A DNA stretch of 20,000 nucleotides, taken from positions 45,416 through 65,415 of the forward strand of contig JBEKTZ010000016.1 of assembly GCA_049515535.1 (NCBI GenBank), read 5' to 3'. A program made the position numbers and the translations under genes. The DNA is from Candidatus Aminicenantales bacterium. Lineage in GTDB: Bacteria > Acidobacteriota > Aminicenantia > Aminicenantales > UBA4085. Shown here in pieces: positions 10,714 through 20,000 of this stretch. Below the pieces are notes generated by a model. That model was not told the DNA's origin, made no database searches, and saw nothing but the letters and a program-made list of their open reading frames with translations. Position 1 is the first letter of the stretch. Each line of letters starts with the position of its first letter.

Positions 10714-11769
10714 ATGGCCTTTCAGGATATCGCCGGCAACGGCCGCGTCAAAAAAATTCTCAAGCTCGCCCTTGCCCGGGGGCGCGTCCCGAACTCCATG
10801 CTCTTTTGCGGGCCGGAGGGCGTCGGGAAAAAGGATACCGCGCTCGTCCTGGCCAAGGCCCTGAACTGCCTCCGAAAAACCGACGACGCCTGCGACGAAT
10901 GCGACCATTGCCGGGCGATCGACGGCGGCGTCATGCCGGACGTGCTCGACATCAGCGTCAAAGACCTCAAGGTCGAACGGGATTCCCGCGGAGACGAGGC
11001 CGGGCCGGACGAGGACGAGGCCGACGGCCGGGCGGCCCGGAACACGATCGGCATCAAGACCATGAAAGGCATCAAAGAGATCATCCATATGAAGCCCATG
11101 CTGGGCCGGAAGCGCGTCTTCATCATCGACGAGGCGGAGAAGATGACCGAAGACGCGGCCAACTCCCACTTGAAAATCCTCGAGGAGCCGCCGCTCTTCT
11201 CCCACATCATCTTGATCAGCGACAAGCCGAATTTGATCCTTTCCACGATCCGGTCGCGCTGCCAAACCCTGAATTTTCTCCCGGTCGGCCGGGAGGAGAT
11301 CGAGCAGGCGCTTCGCGACCGGGGAATCGAGGACGGGAAGGCCAGGCTCATGGCCCTCCTCGTCCGCGGCAACCTGGAACAGGCTCTCGAGCTGGAGTGG
11401 GACGAAATCCAGCAGAGACGAAGTGAGGCGTTTTCCCTGTTTCTGGCGCTCGTCGGCAAGGATGAATCCTCCGCCTTCCTGAAAAAATACGCATACCAGC
11501 GACGGAACGCGGCCAAGGAGGATTTCGTCCAGACGCTCGAACTCTTCTCCTCGTTCTGTCGCGACGTCGTCTTGTTGAAGGAACGGGGCGATCCGCGGCT
11601 GCTCTTCAACCCGGATTACGAGCAGCCGATCCGGAAGGGAGGCGCGCTCATCGACTTCGAGCGGGCGCTCAGGTTTTTGGGGTTGATCGATCTCGCCCTG
11701 GCCAACCTGGACCGCCACCTGAACATGAGCCTCCTCGTCAGTTCTCTCTATTCTCAAATCCTAGGATGA
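10714..11769 (+). CDS. holB: DNA polymerase III clamp loader subunit delta'
   Basis: From ATG 10714: MAFQDIAGN, LFCGPEGVGKK, ALNC...CDECDHC Zn motif, IIDEAEKMTEDAANSHLKILEEPP, TIRSRC. Adjacent to a PSP1 gene, as in holB-yaaT. The ORF track start (10573) lies inside uvrA. Confidence 0.88.
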   Translation: MAFQDIAGNGRVKKILKLALARGRVPNSMLFCGPEGVGKKDTALVLAKALNCLRKTDDACDECDHCRAIDGGVMPDVLDISVKDLKVERDSRGDEAGPDEDEADGRAARNTIGIKTMKGIKEIIHMKPMLGRKRVFIIDEAEKMTEDAANSHLKILEEPPLFSHIILISDKPNLILSTIRSRCQTLNFLPVGREEIEQALRDRGIEDGKARLMALLVRGNLEQALELEWDEIQQRRSEAFSLFLALVGKDESSAFLKKYAYQRRNAAKEDFVQTLELFSSFCRDVVLLKERGDPRLLFNPDYEQPIRKGGALIDFERALRFLGLIDLALANLDRHLNMSLLVSSLYSQILG

Positions 11770-11773
11770 AACC

Positions 11774-12457
11774 ATGCCTGATTTAGTTTGTCTCATCTCC
11801 GAACGCTCAGCCAAGATCGTCCGCGCCCGGAAGGGCGACATCGACGTCGCGCTGGGCGACCTCTGCGTCATCGAATCGGAATTCGGCGGGGATCTGGCCA
11901 CCGTGGTCGATACTTCGAGCGAGATCTGCAGGCATCCGAAAAACGCGCAGGACGCGCCGAGGATCGTCCGGCGGGCTTCGGAGGACGACCAGCGTAAATT
12001 CACCTGGATCCTCGACAAGGAGAGGCAGGCCTTCGAGTTTTGTCAGCAGCGGATCAAGGCCCGGGACCTGCCCATGAAGATGACCGCGGTGCGCTATTTC
12101 TTCAACGAGAAAAAAAGCGTCTTTTTTTATACAGCGGACGGCCGGATCGATTTTCGTCAGCTCGTCAAGGACCTGGCCAAAGAGCTCAAGATGCGGATCG
12201 AAATGCACCAGGTCGGCGTGCGCGACGAAGCCAAGATCATCGGCGGGCTGGGCGTCTGCGGCCGGGCGCTCTGCTGCGTGAGCTTCATGAAATCGTTCGA
12301 GCCCGTGACCATCCAGAAAGCGCGCAAACAGCAGATCGTCATCAACCCAACCAAGATCTCGGGGCTCTGCGGGCGCTTGATGTGCTGCCTGGCTTTCGAG
12401 GAAGAAAGCCGCGGCCGGATCTATTACGAGGAAGAAAGCAACTTAATAGAAGATTAA
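11774..12457 (+). CDS. ricT: PSP1-domain protein (RicT/YaaT family)
   Basis: FYTADGRIDFRQLVKDLA, RIEMHQVGVRDEAK, GGLGVCGRALCC, KISGLCGRLMCCLAFE. Confidence 0.9.
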   Translation: MPDLVCLISERSAKIVRARKGDIDVALGDLCVIESEFGGDLATVVDTSSEICRHPKNAQDAPRIVRRASEDDQRKFTWILDKERQAFEFCQQRIKARDLPMKMTAVRYFFNEKKSVFFYTADGRIDFRQLVKDLAKELKMRIEMHQVGVRDEAKIIGGLGVCGRALCCVSFMKSFEPVTIQKARKQQIVINPTKISGLCGRLMCCLAFEEESRGRIYYEEESNLIED

Positions 12458-13095
12458 TCCGTAATCTTGAATTCGACCTTCGGCGAGGAGGCCAACAGCG
12501 TGCCCTGGCCGGAGTAGGCTTTGACCTGCCAGGCGTAAATTCCGGCTTTGAGCGCGGCCTTGATGTCCGCGGGAAGAGCGACTTTCGTTTCCTTCGTTGT
12601 CGCCGTCCATTCCATTTTCGCGCCGGAGAGAGTGACTTGATATTCGGCGGCGGAGACGAACGGCCTCCATTCGAACGAGACGGGCGCGGCTTTCCCTTCT
12701 CCCCGGGGCGCGATGACGGACAACGACTCGCCGCGCACGGCCATGTCGCCGTCGAAAACGAGGCCGGGGCTCGCCCGCTTGAGCTTGGGGGCGATGAGCA
12801 GCACGGCCGCGAGCGCGAGAGCGGCCGTCGCGGCGACGGCCATCCAGCGCCGGGGCGTGAGATCTCCCGCGATCCTTTTCAGGCCCGCGCCGCGGCGCAG
12901 GACATCCCGTTCCGCGGGCGAGAAGATCTCTTCCTTCGCTTGTTTGATGAGCCCCAGCAGCTCGGATTTCTCTCGCGTCTTGTAAAAACAGGAGGGGCAA
13001 TTGAAATAGTGCTCTTCGAACCGGGCGGTATCGTCCGGGGAGAGCTCGCCTTTCAGGTATTCGTCGATTTTTTCTTCGTGCTGACAATCATTCAT
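12454..13095 (-). CDS. Zinc-binding (ZAS, zf-HC2) transmembrane anti-sigma factor
   Basis: YLKGELS...FEEHYFNCPSC (HxxxCxxC), one TM helix, beta-rich extracytoplasmic domain. Directly downstream of an ECF sigma. Confidence 0.85.
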   Translation of the reverse strand: MNDCQHEEKIDEYLKGELSPDDTARFEEHYFNCPSCFYKTREKSELLGLIKQAKEEIFSPAERDVLRRGAGLKRIAGDLTPRRWMAVAATAALALAAVLLIAPKLKRASPGLVFDGDMAVRGESLSVIAPRGEGKAAPVSFEWRPFVSAAEYQVTLSGAKMEWTATTKETKVALPADIKAALKAGIYAWQVKAYSGQGTLLASSPKVEFKITD

Positions 13096-13127
13096 TGAAA
13101 TGCCTCGAATTTTTTCTTTCCCATCTT

Positions 13128-13685
13128 TTAGTCGCCGCTCCCGTCATTAAATGGAAAAGGACTCTTCTCGAGAGCCTTCTTCAGGAGCTTCTGCGCGTAG
13201 TTCACCCGTTCGCTGACCTTGGCCGGCGTGATGCCCAATGCTTGGGCCGTGGCCTCGCGGGAAAGTCCTTTATAATAATAAAGATGGAGAACGTCCCGGA
13301 ATCTCGGTTTGAGTCCCCTGACGGCCCGGGCCAAAACCTCCGCCCGCTCGTCCCGCTCGACTTTGTCCTGGGGATCCGGCGAGGGCAAAGCTTCGGGCGC
13401 CTCTTTGAGGACCCTGCTCTTCTGGCGGATGTAATCGACGATCCGGCGGACGGTGATGGTGTAGATGAAGGTCCCGATCGCGCATTCCCCGCGGAACTCT
13501 CCGGATTTGATTTTCGCGACGGTCTGCATCAGAATTTCGTTCACCACGTCTTCCCAGTCCGGGTTGGCTCCGCCGAGGGACTTCCTGACCTTGAAGCCGA
13601 CGACCGGTTTGAAGCGGACGACGATCTCATCCAGGCCCATCGCGGCCGGATCGCCCTCTGTTTTATTCTTGTCGGTTCGGTCCAT
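13128..13685 (-). CDS. ECF (sigma-70 group 4) RNA polymerase sigma factor
   Basis: 185 aa. Region 2 (DWEDVVNEILM...FRGECAIGTFIYTITVRRIVDYIR) and region 4 HTH (LYYYKGLSREATAQALGITPAKVSERVNYA). Confidence 0.9.
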   Translation of the reverse strand: MDRTDKNKTEGDPAAMGLDEIVVRFKPVVGFKVRKSLGGANPDWEDVVNEILMQTVAKIKSGEFRGECAIGTFIYTITVRRIVDYIRQKSRVLKEAPEALPSPDPQDKVERDERAEVLARAVRGLKPRFRDVLHLYYYKGLSREATAQALGITPAKVSERVNYAQKLLKKALEKSPFPFNDGSGD

Positions 13686-15784
13686 TACCGAATTTTCTCG
13701 GCGCAGAGTTCAGCGGTGTGGACGACGGTGTATTTTTTCTCCAGATCCGCGAGGCCGGACTTGAGCTGGAGGATACAACCCGGACAGTCCGTCGCGATCA
13801 GGGTCTGCCCGCTCTCCTCGATCTTCCGCTTTTTGTCGTCCCAGAACTTGGCGGCGATCTCCGGATTCTTCATGGAGAACACGCCGCAAAAGCCGCAGCA
13901 GGAATAAGGCTCGTTCTCGGTTTTGGGATCGTAGCCGAGATCCCTGAGGATCTTCAACGGCTCGTCCTTGAGCTTCAAATCATTAAGATAATGGCAGGGA
14001 TAATGGTAGAGGATCTCGCCGCTCCCGCCGGCTTTCTCGCTCTTGGGGAGAAACCCGTTCTTCACCATGAACTCGGTGAAATCGTGGACTTTTTCGGCCC
14101 AGGGCGCGGCCGCCTCATCGAGCTCGGGATAGAGTTTTTTCAGGAAGGAATGGCCCGTCGGACAAACGGTCAGGATATGATCCGGCTTTTCCTTTTCGAA
14201 CGAGCGGAGATTGGCCCGCATCAACCGCCGGACGTCATCCGTATCTCCGAGATGATAGCTGGGCGCGCCGCAGCAAGACTGGTCGGCCGGGCAGACGACG
14301 TCGAAGCCGGAGCGGGAGAGGACCTTGATGACGCTGTCGCGGATGTCCGGAAAGAAAAATTTCACCAGGCAGCCCTGGAAGAGATAGATTTTCTCGCCGT
14401 GCCGCTCTCCGAGCGCCGGCGCGCTTTTTTTCGGGCGGAGGGAGGGGAAGCGCTTTCCCTTGGCCCAGGCGAACGGCAGTTTCCGCAAATGGCCGTCTTT
14501 TTGCCATATTTTTTGCAGGACGGCGAGCGCCCCGGCCCCGGCGTCGGCCAGGGCCTTTCTGCGGAAAACGCCCGAGAGGAGCCTCTCGAACGGCGTTGGT
14601 CCCTTCCAATTCTTCAGCTTGAGCAGGATGGCGCTCGTCGGGATCCCGACGGGACAAAACGCCTCGCATTTTTTGCAGTCCGCGCAGAGGTCGAGAAGCG
14701 CGTCGATTTCCGCGGGCGACCGCGTCGCGGCCGTGAGCAGGGCGCCGATGCCGCCGGGATAGACCTTGCCGCTGTAAACGTGGCCCCCCACGGCCTGGAA
14801 GACCGGGCACTGGAGCATGCATCCGCCGCATTTCAGGCAATAGAGGATCTCTTTGAAATCCCGGTCGAGCGAGATGTCCAGCCGGCCGTTGTCCAGGATG
14901 ACGATATGCACGTCCCCGGGGCCGTGAACGCCGGTGACGAGCTCTTTTTCGATGTCCGTGGTCTTGCTCGGGCCGGTGATATAGGAAACGTAGGATGTCA
15001 TCTTGAGGCCGGATGAGCCTATGATCAGCGCTTTGAGAAGCGCCGTGGCCTGTTCCAGGGTCGCGACGAACTTCTCGGTCGTGACGATGGCGATATGGAC
15101 GGGCGGCAGCGTCGTCACGAGCCGGGCGTTGCCCTCGTTGCTGACGATGACGAGGGTCCCGGACTCGGCGACGGCCAGGTTCGCGCCCGATATGCCCGCG
15201 TCCGCCTCGATGAAGACCTTGCGCAGCTCCCCGCGCGCGATCTTGACCATTTCCCGGATGTCCGGGGCGACGGGCCGGCCGAGGTGTTTAGAGAGAAGCT
15301 CGGCGACCTCCTCCTTGGTCTTGTGCATGGCCGGCGCCGTGATGTGGGACGGCCGCTCGCCGGCGAGCTGGACGATCCATTCGCCGAGGTCGGTCTCGAC
15401 GACCCGGTAGCCTTTCCCTTCCAAAAAACGGTTCAGCCCGATCTCTTCGCTGACCATGGATTTGGATTTGGCGACGAGCTTCGCCCCCTTCTCGCGAAGG
15501 ATCGCATCGATGACGGCGAGCGCCTCTTCCGGCGTCGCGGTCCGGTGAACTTGCGCGCCGGCCCGGGTCGCCTCCTCGCTGAATTCATCGATCAGGGCGG
15601 CGAGACGCGGGACGCATTCCTCGCGGACGGCGCGAGCCTTGGCTTTGATCTCGTCCCAGGGAACTTCTTCCCGCGTTTTGGCGAACTTCGAAAAATGGCT
15701 CGCGGTCGCCCTGGCCAGCGCGACCTGGAGGTTCTTATTACGGAGCGCCCGCCGCGCCTCTTTTTTCTTCGTCCTCCCGAACAC
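13685..15784 (-). CDS. LUD-domain / 4Fe-4S dicluster / CCG-domain fusion (LutB+LutA-type, lactate dehydrogenase large-subunit-like)
   Basis: KSKSMVSEEI, ETDLGEWIVQL, PSHITAPAMHK, SNEGNARL, GVHGP; CLKCGGCMLQCP and CADCKKCEAFCP; two CCG motifs. GTG start with a GGAGG SD. Confidence 0.88.
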   Translation of the reverse strand: MFGRTKKKEARRALRNKNLQVALARATASHFSKFAKTREEVPWDEIKAKARAVREECVPRLAALIDEFSEEATRAGAQVHRTATPEEALAVIDAILREKGAKLVAKSKSMVSEEIGLNRFLEGKGYRVVETDLGEWIVQLAGERPSHITAPAMHKTKEEVAELLSKHLGRPVAPDIREMVKIARGELRKVFIEADAGISGANLAVAESGTLVIVSNEGNARLVTTLPPVHIAIVTTEKFVATLEQATALLKALIIGSSGLKMTSYVSYITGPSKTTDIEKELVTGVHGPGDVHIVILDNGRLDISLDRDFKEILYCLKCGGCMLQCPVFQAVGGHVYSGKVYPGGIGALLTAATRSPAEIDALLDLCADCKKCEAFCPVGIPTSAILLKLKNWKGPTPFERLLSGVFRRKALADAGAGALAVLQKIWQKDGHLRKLPFAWAKGKRFPSLRPKKSAPALGERHGEKIYLFQGCLVKFFFPDIRDSVIKVLSRSGFDVVCPADQSCCGAPSYHLGDTDDVRRLMRANLRSFEKEKPDHILTVCPTGHSFLKKLYPELDEAAAPWAEKVHDFTEFMVKNGFLPKSEKAGGSGEILYHYPCHYLNDLKLKDEPLKILRDLGYDPKTENEPYSCCGFCGVFSMKNPEIAAKFWDDKKRKIEESGQTLIATDCPGCILQLKSGLADLEKKYTVVHTAELCAEKIR

Positions 15785-15787
15785 GGA

Positions 15788-18139
<2,352 letters not shown>

Positions 18140-18147
18140 CGCGGAAA

Positions 18148-18156
18148 ATTATAGCA
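18148..18156 (-). promoter_or_regulatory. Consensus extended -10 for the ftsK operon
   Basis: Minus strand TGCTATAAT, 8 nt before the ftsK ATG. Confidence 0.7.
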
Positions 18157-18206
18157 TATTTGAAATATATTTTGACGGCCGGGACGAAAAGGGGCGAAAA
18201 AGGCGG

Positions 18207-18235
18207 TTGACTTCGCCCCGGGCCAATGCTATAAA
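18207..18235 (+). promoter_or_regulatory. Putative sigma70 promoter for the beta-barrel gene
   Basis: TTGACT (18207-18212), 17-nt spacer ending TGC, TATAAA (18230-18235). Confidence 0.7.
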
Positions 18236-18248
18236 ATAAAAAGAATCC

Positions 18249-18839
18249 ATGAACGTTCATGCGCGAAAACTGATCTTGGCTGGGGCCCTGGTCTTGGGAC
18301 TCATGGCGCCTTCGTTCGGCCAGACCTCCGAGCCGCCCGTGAAACATCAGGGGACCTTCGAGTTCTACCTGGGCAGCTACCGGATCTCGGATGAACGGTT
18401 CAAAGAGGTCTATAAGGAAGGCGGCTCGATCCAGGGCATCGCTCTTTCCTCGGCTCTTATTGCCGGTTTCGATTTCTACGCAGAGATCAAAGCCTTTTAT
18501 AAAACAGGCACGCTGACCTACACCCAGGAGCAGACGAAATTGTTGTTGATCCCGCTGTCCTTGGGCGTGCGCTATGTTCTGCCCGGGGACTGGCTCCTCC
18601 CTTACGCCGGGGGCGGCGCGGACTTCTATTTTTATTACGAGAACAACCCCATCGCCACGACGATGAACATCGCCAAGGGCTATCATCTCCTGGGAGGGCT
18701 CTACCTCCAGTTCGGAAAGAATTCTCCCCTCCGCTTGAACGGCCGGGTCAAATACACCCGGATCAAGACCACGGAAGACGGGGTGGAAGTCGAGCTCGGC
18801 GGATTGGAATACGGCGCCGGGATTGTCATCGTCTTCTAG
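18249..18839 (+). CDS. Small outer-membrane beta-barrel protein (OmpA/OmpW-like size)
   Basis: Signal peptide, alternating aromatic/Gly beta strands (PLSLGVRY, PYAGGGADFY), C-terminal Phe. Confidence 0.75.
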   Translation: MNVHARKLILAGALVLGLMAPSFGQTSEPPVKHQGTFEFYLGSYRISDERFKEVYKEGGSIQGIALSSALIAGFDFYAEIKAFYKTGTLTYTQEQTKLLLIPLSLGVRYVLPGDWLLPYAGGGADFYFYYENNPIATTMNIAKGYHLLGGLYLQFGKNSPLRLNGRVKYTRIKTTEDGVEVELGGLEYGAGIVIVF

Positions 18840-18952
18840 AAACCGGCGGCGCCGAACCGGAACAACAACGCCTTCTCCAAGTCTTCCGACCGGCTTGACC
18901 TGAGATCGGACGTCCGCGCGGCCGCGGAATATTTGAAGAGAAACGTGAGACA

Positions 18953-19480
18953 TTGAGCACGCTGGCATCACTCGCCGTCCTTCTCCTGGCTCTCGTCGGC
19001 TACGCGGCGGGAGTCGCCCTGAAAAGCGGAAAATCCGGAATCCGGAAACCGGTCATCCTCGACGTTCTGATCGTGGTCCTCATGTGGGGCGGCGCCGTCG
19101 CCTCACGGAGCCTGCTGCCGGTCAGCCGGTGGCTGCAGCTGCCGGCGTGGATCATCATCGGCCTTGTCCTGGGTTATCTCATGACGTTGGCCATGACCTT
19201 TTCCAGGGGCAAGCGCTTCCCGACGCCGGAACTCAAGAGCGAGACGGCCGGTCCAAAAAAGAAAAAACTCCGAGCTTGGCGCGACTTCTCCTCGAAAATC
19301 GGGACATTTCAAAGCCAGATTCTTCTCGGGCTTCTCTTTCTGATCGTTTTCGCCCCCGTCGCGCTCGCCGTGAGGGTTTTTTCGGATCCCCTGAGGATCA
19401 AAGGCCGGGGCCAGGGCTCCCACTGGTCTCCTAAAACGGAGATCCCCCCGGATCTCGAGCACTTCAAGAGGCAGTCCTGA
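18953..19480 (+). CDS. SxtJ-like membrane protein
   Basis: Several TM helices. The C-terminus AWRDFSSKIGTFQSQILLGLLFLIVFAPVAL...DPLRI...SHW...KRQ resembles the SxtJ family. Coupled to a carbamoyltransferase gene. The TTG start is uncertain. Confidence 0.7.
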   Translation: MSTLASLAVLLLALVGYAAGVALKSGKSGIRKPVILDVLIVVLMWGGAVASRSLLPVSRWLQLPAWIIIGLVLGYLMTLAMTFSRGKRFPTPELKSETAGPKKKKLRAWRDFSSKIGTFQSQILLGLLFLIVFAPVALAVRVFSDPLRIKGRGQGSHWSPKTEIPPDLEHFKRQS

Positions 19481-20000
19481 TGCACATCCTCGGGATTTCC
19501 TGTTTTTACCATGACGCGGCCGCGGCCCTCCTCCGGGACGGGGCGTTGATCGCCGCCGCCGAGGAAGAGAGGTTCAGCCGGATCAAGCACGACTTCGGCT
19601 TTCCGGAGAGATCCATCGCCTTCTGCCTGGAGGAAGCCGGCATCGCGGCCGGCGACCTGGACTACGTCGTTTTTTACGAGAAGCCTTTCCGCAAATTCGA
19701 GCGGATTCTGATGACGACCTTGCAGAGCTTCCCGCGTTCCTGGAGGACGTTCGGCGAAGCGACGATCAATTGGTTCGGCGACAAGCTCTGGATGAAAAGC
19801 GTCATCCAGGCCAAGATTGGGATCGATCCCAACAAGATCCTTTTCGAGGACCATCATCTTTCGCACGCCGCGAGCGCGTTTTATCCGTCTCCCTTCGAAG
19901 AAGCGGCGATCCTGACCCTCGACGGCGTGGGAGAATGGACGACGGCGGCGATGGGAAAAGCCAAAGGCAACGATATCGCCCTGACTGATGAGATCCGGTT
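19480..20000 (+). CDS. Carbamoyltransferase, NodU/CmcH/SxtI family (N-terminal part, truncated by the window)
   Basis: Manual translation from ATG 19480 (TGATG overlap): MHILGISCFYHDAAAALLRDGALIAAAEEERFSRIKHD...FYEKP...HHLSHAASAFYPSPFEEAAILTLDGVGEWTT. Not in the ORF track. Confidence 0.93.
   Translation, partial: MHILGISCFYHDAAAALLRDGALIAAAEEERFSRIKHDFGFPERSIAFCLEEAGIAAGDLDYVVFYEKPFRKFERILMTTLQSFPRSWRTFGEATINWFGDKLWMKSVIQAKIGIDPNKILFEDHHLSHAASAFYPSPFEEAAILTLDGVGEWTTAAMGKAKGNDIALTDEIR

Noticed and set aside
18953..20000. Saxitoxin biosynthesis cluster
   Set aside because: Only SxtJ-like and carbamoyltransferase genes are visible; no core genes such as sxtA or sxtG in the window.

Overview
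GC-rich bacterial chromosomal window, mostly housekeeping genes. Gene content implies a diderm; an Acidobacteriota/Aminicenantes-like lineage is a guess only. Minus strand: a tol-pal cluster (tolQ-tolR-tolA/tonB-tolB // pal-cpoB) translationally coupled to a truncated ssb that is absent from the ORF track, preceded by an MrfA/Hrq1-like DEAH helicase with a DUF1998-type C-terminus. Divergent from the helicase are uvrA-holB-PSP1(ricT). These converge with a minus-strand run of ftsK, a LutB/LutA-type fused Fe-S oxidoreductase, an ECF sigma and a ZAS anti-sigma. The window ends with a plus-strand outer-membrane beta-barrel gene, an SxtJ-like membrane protein and a truncated NodU/CmcH carbamoyltransferase. 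Most notable observations: (1) a 101-108 bp three-hairpin element in two inverted copies (1993-2093, 8055-8155); (2) UvrA appears to lack its insertion domain; (3) an identical 14-mer, TGTCACCGAAATTA, overlaps both divergent DNA-repair promoters; (4) extended -10 boxes 8-9 nt before ATG suggest leaderless mRNAs; (5) a second, unrelated four-hairpin intergenic element at 5394-5532. No rRNA, tRNA, CRISPR array or transposase was seen.
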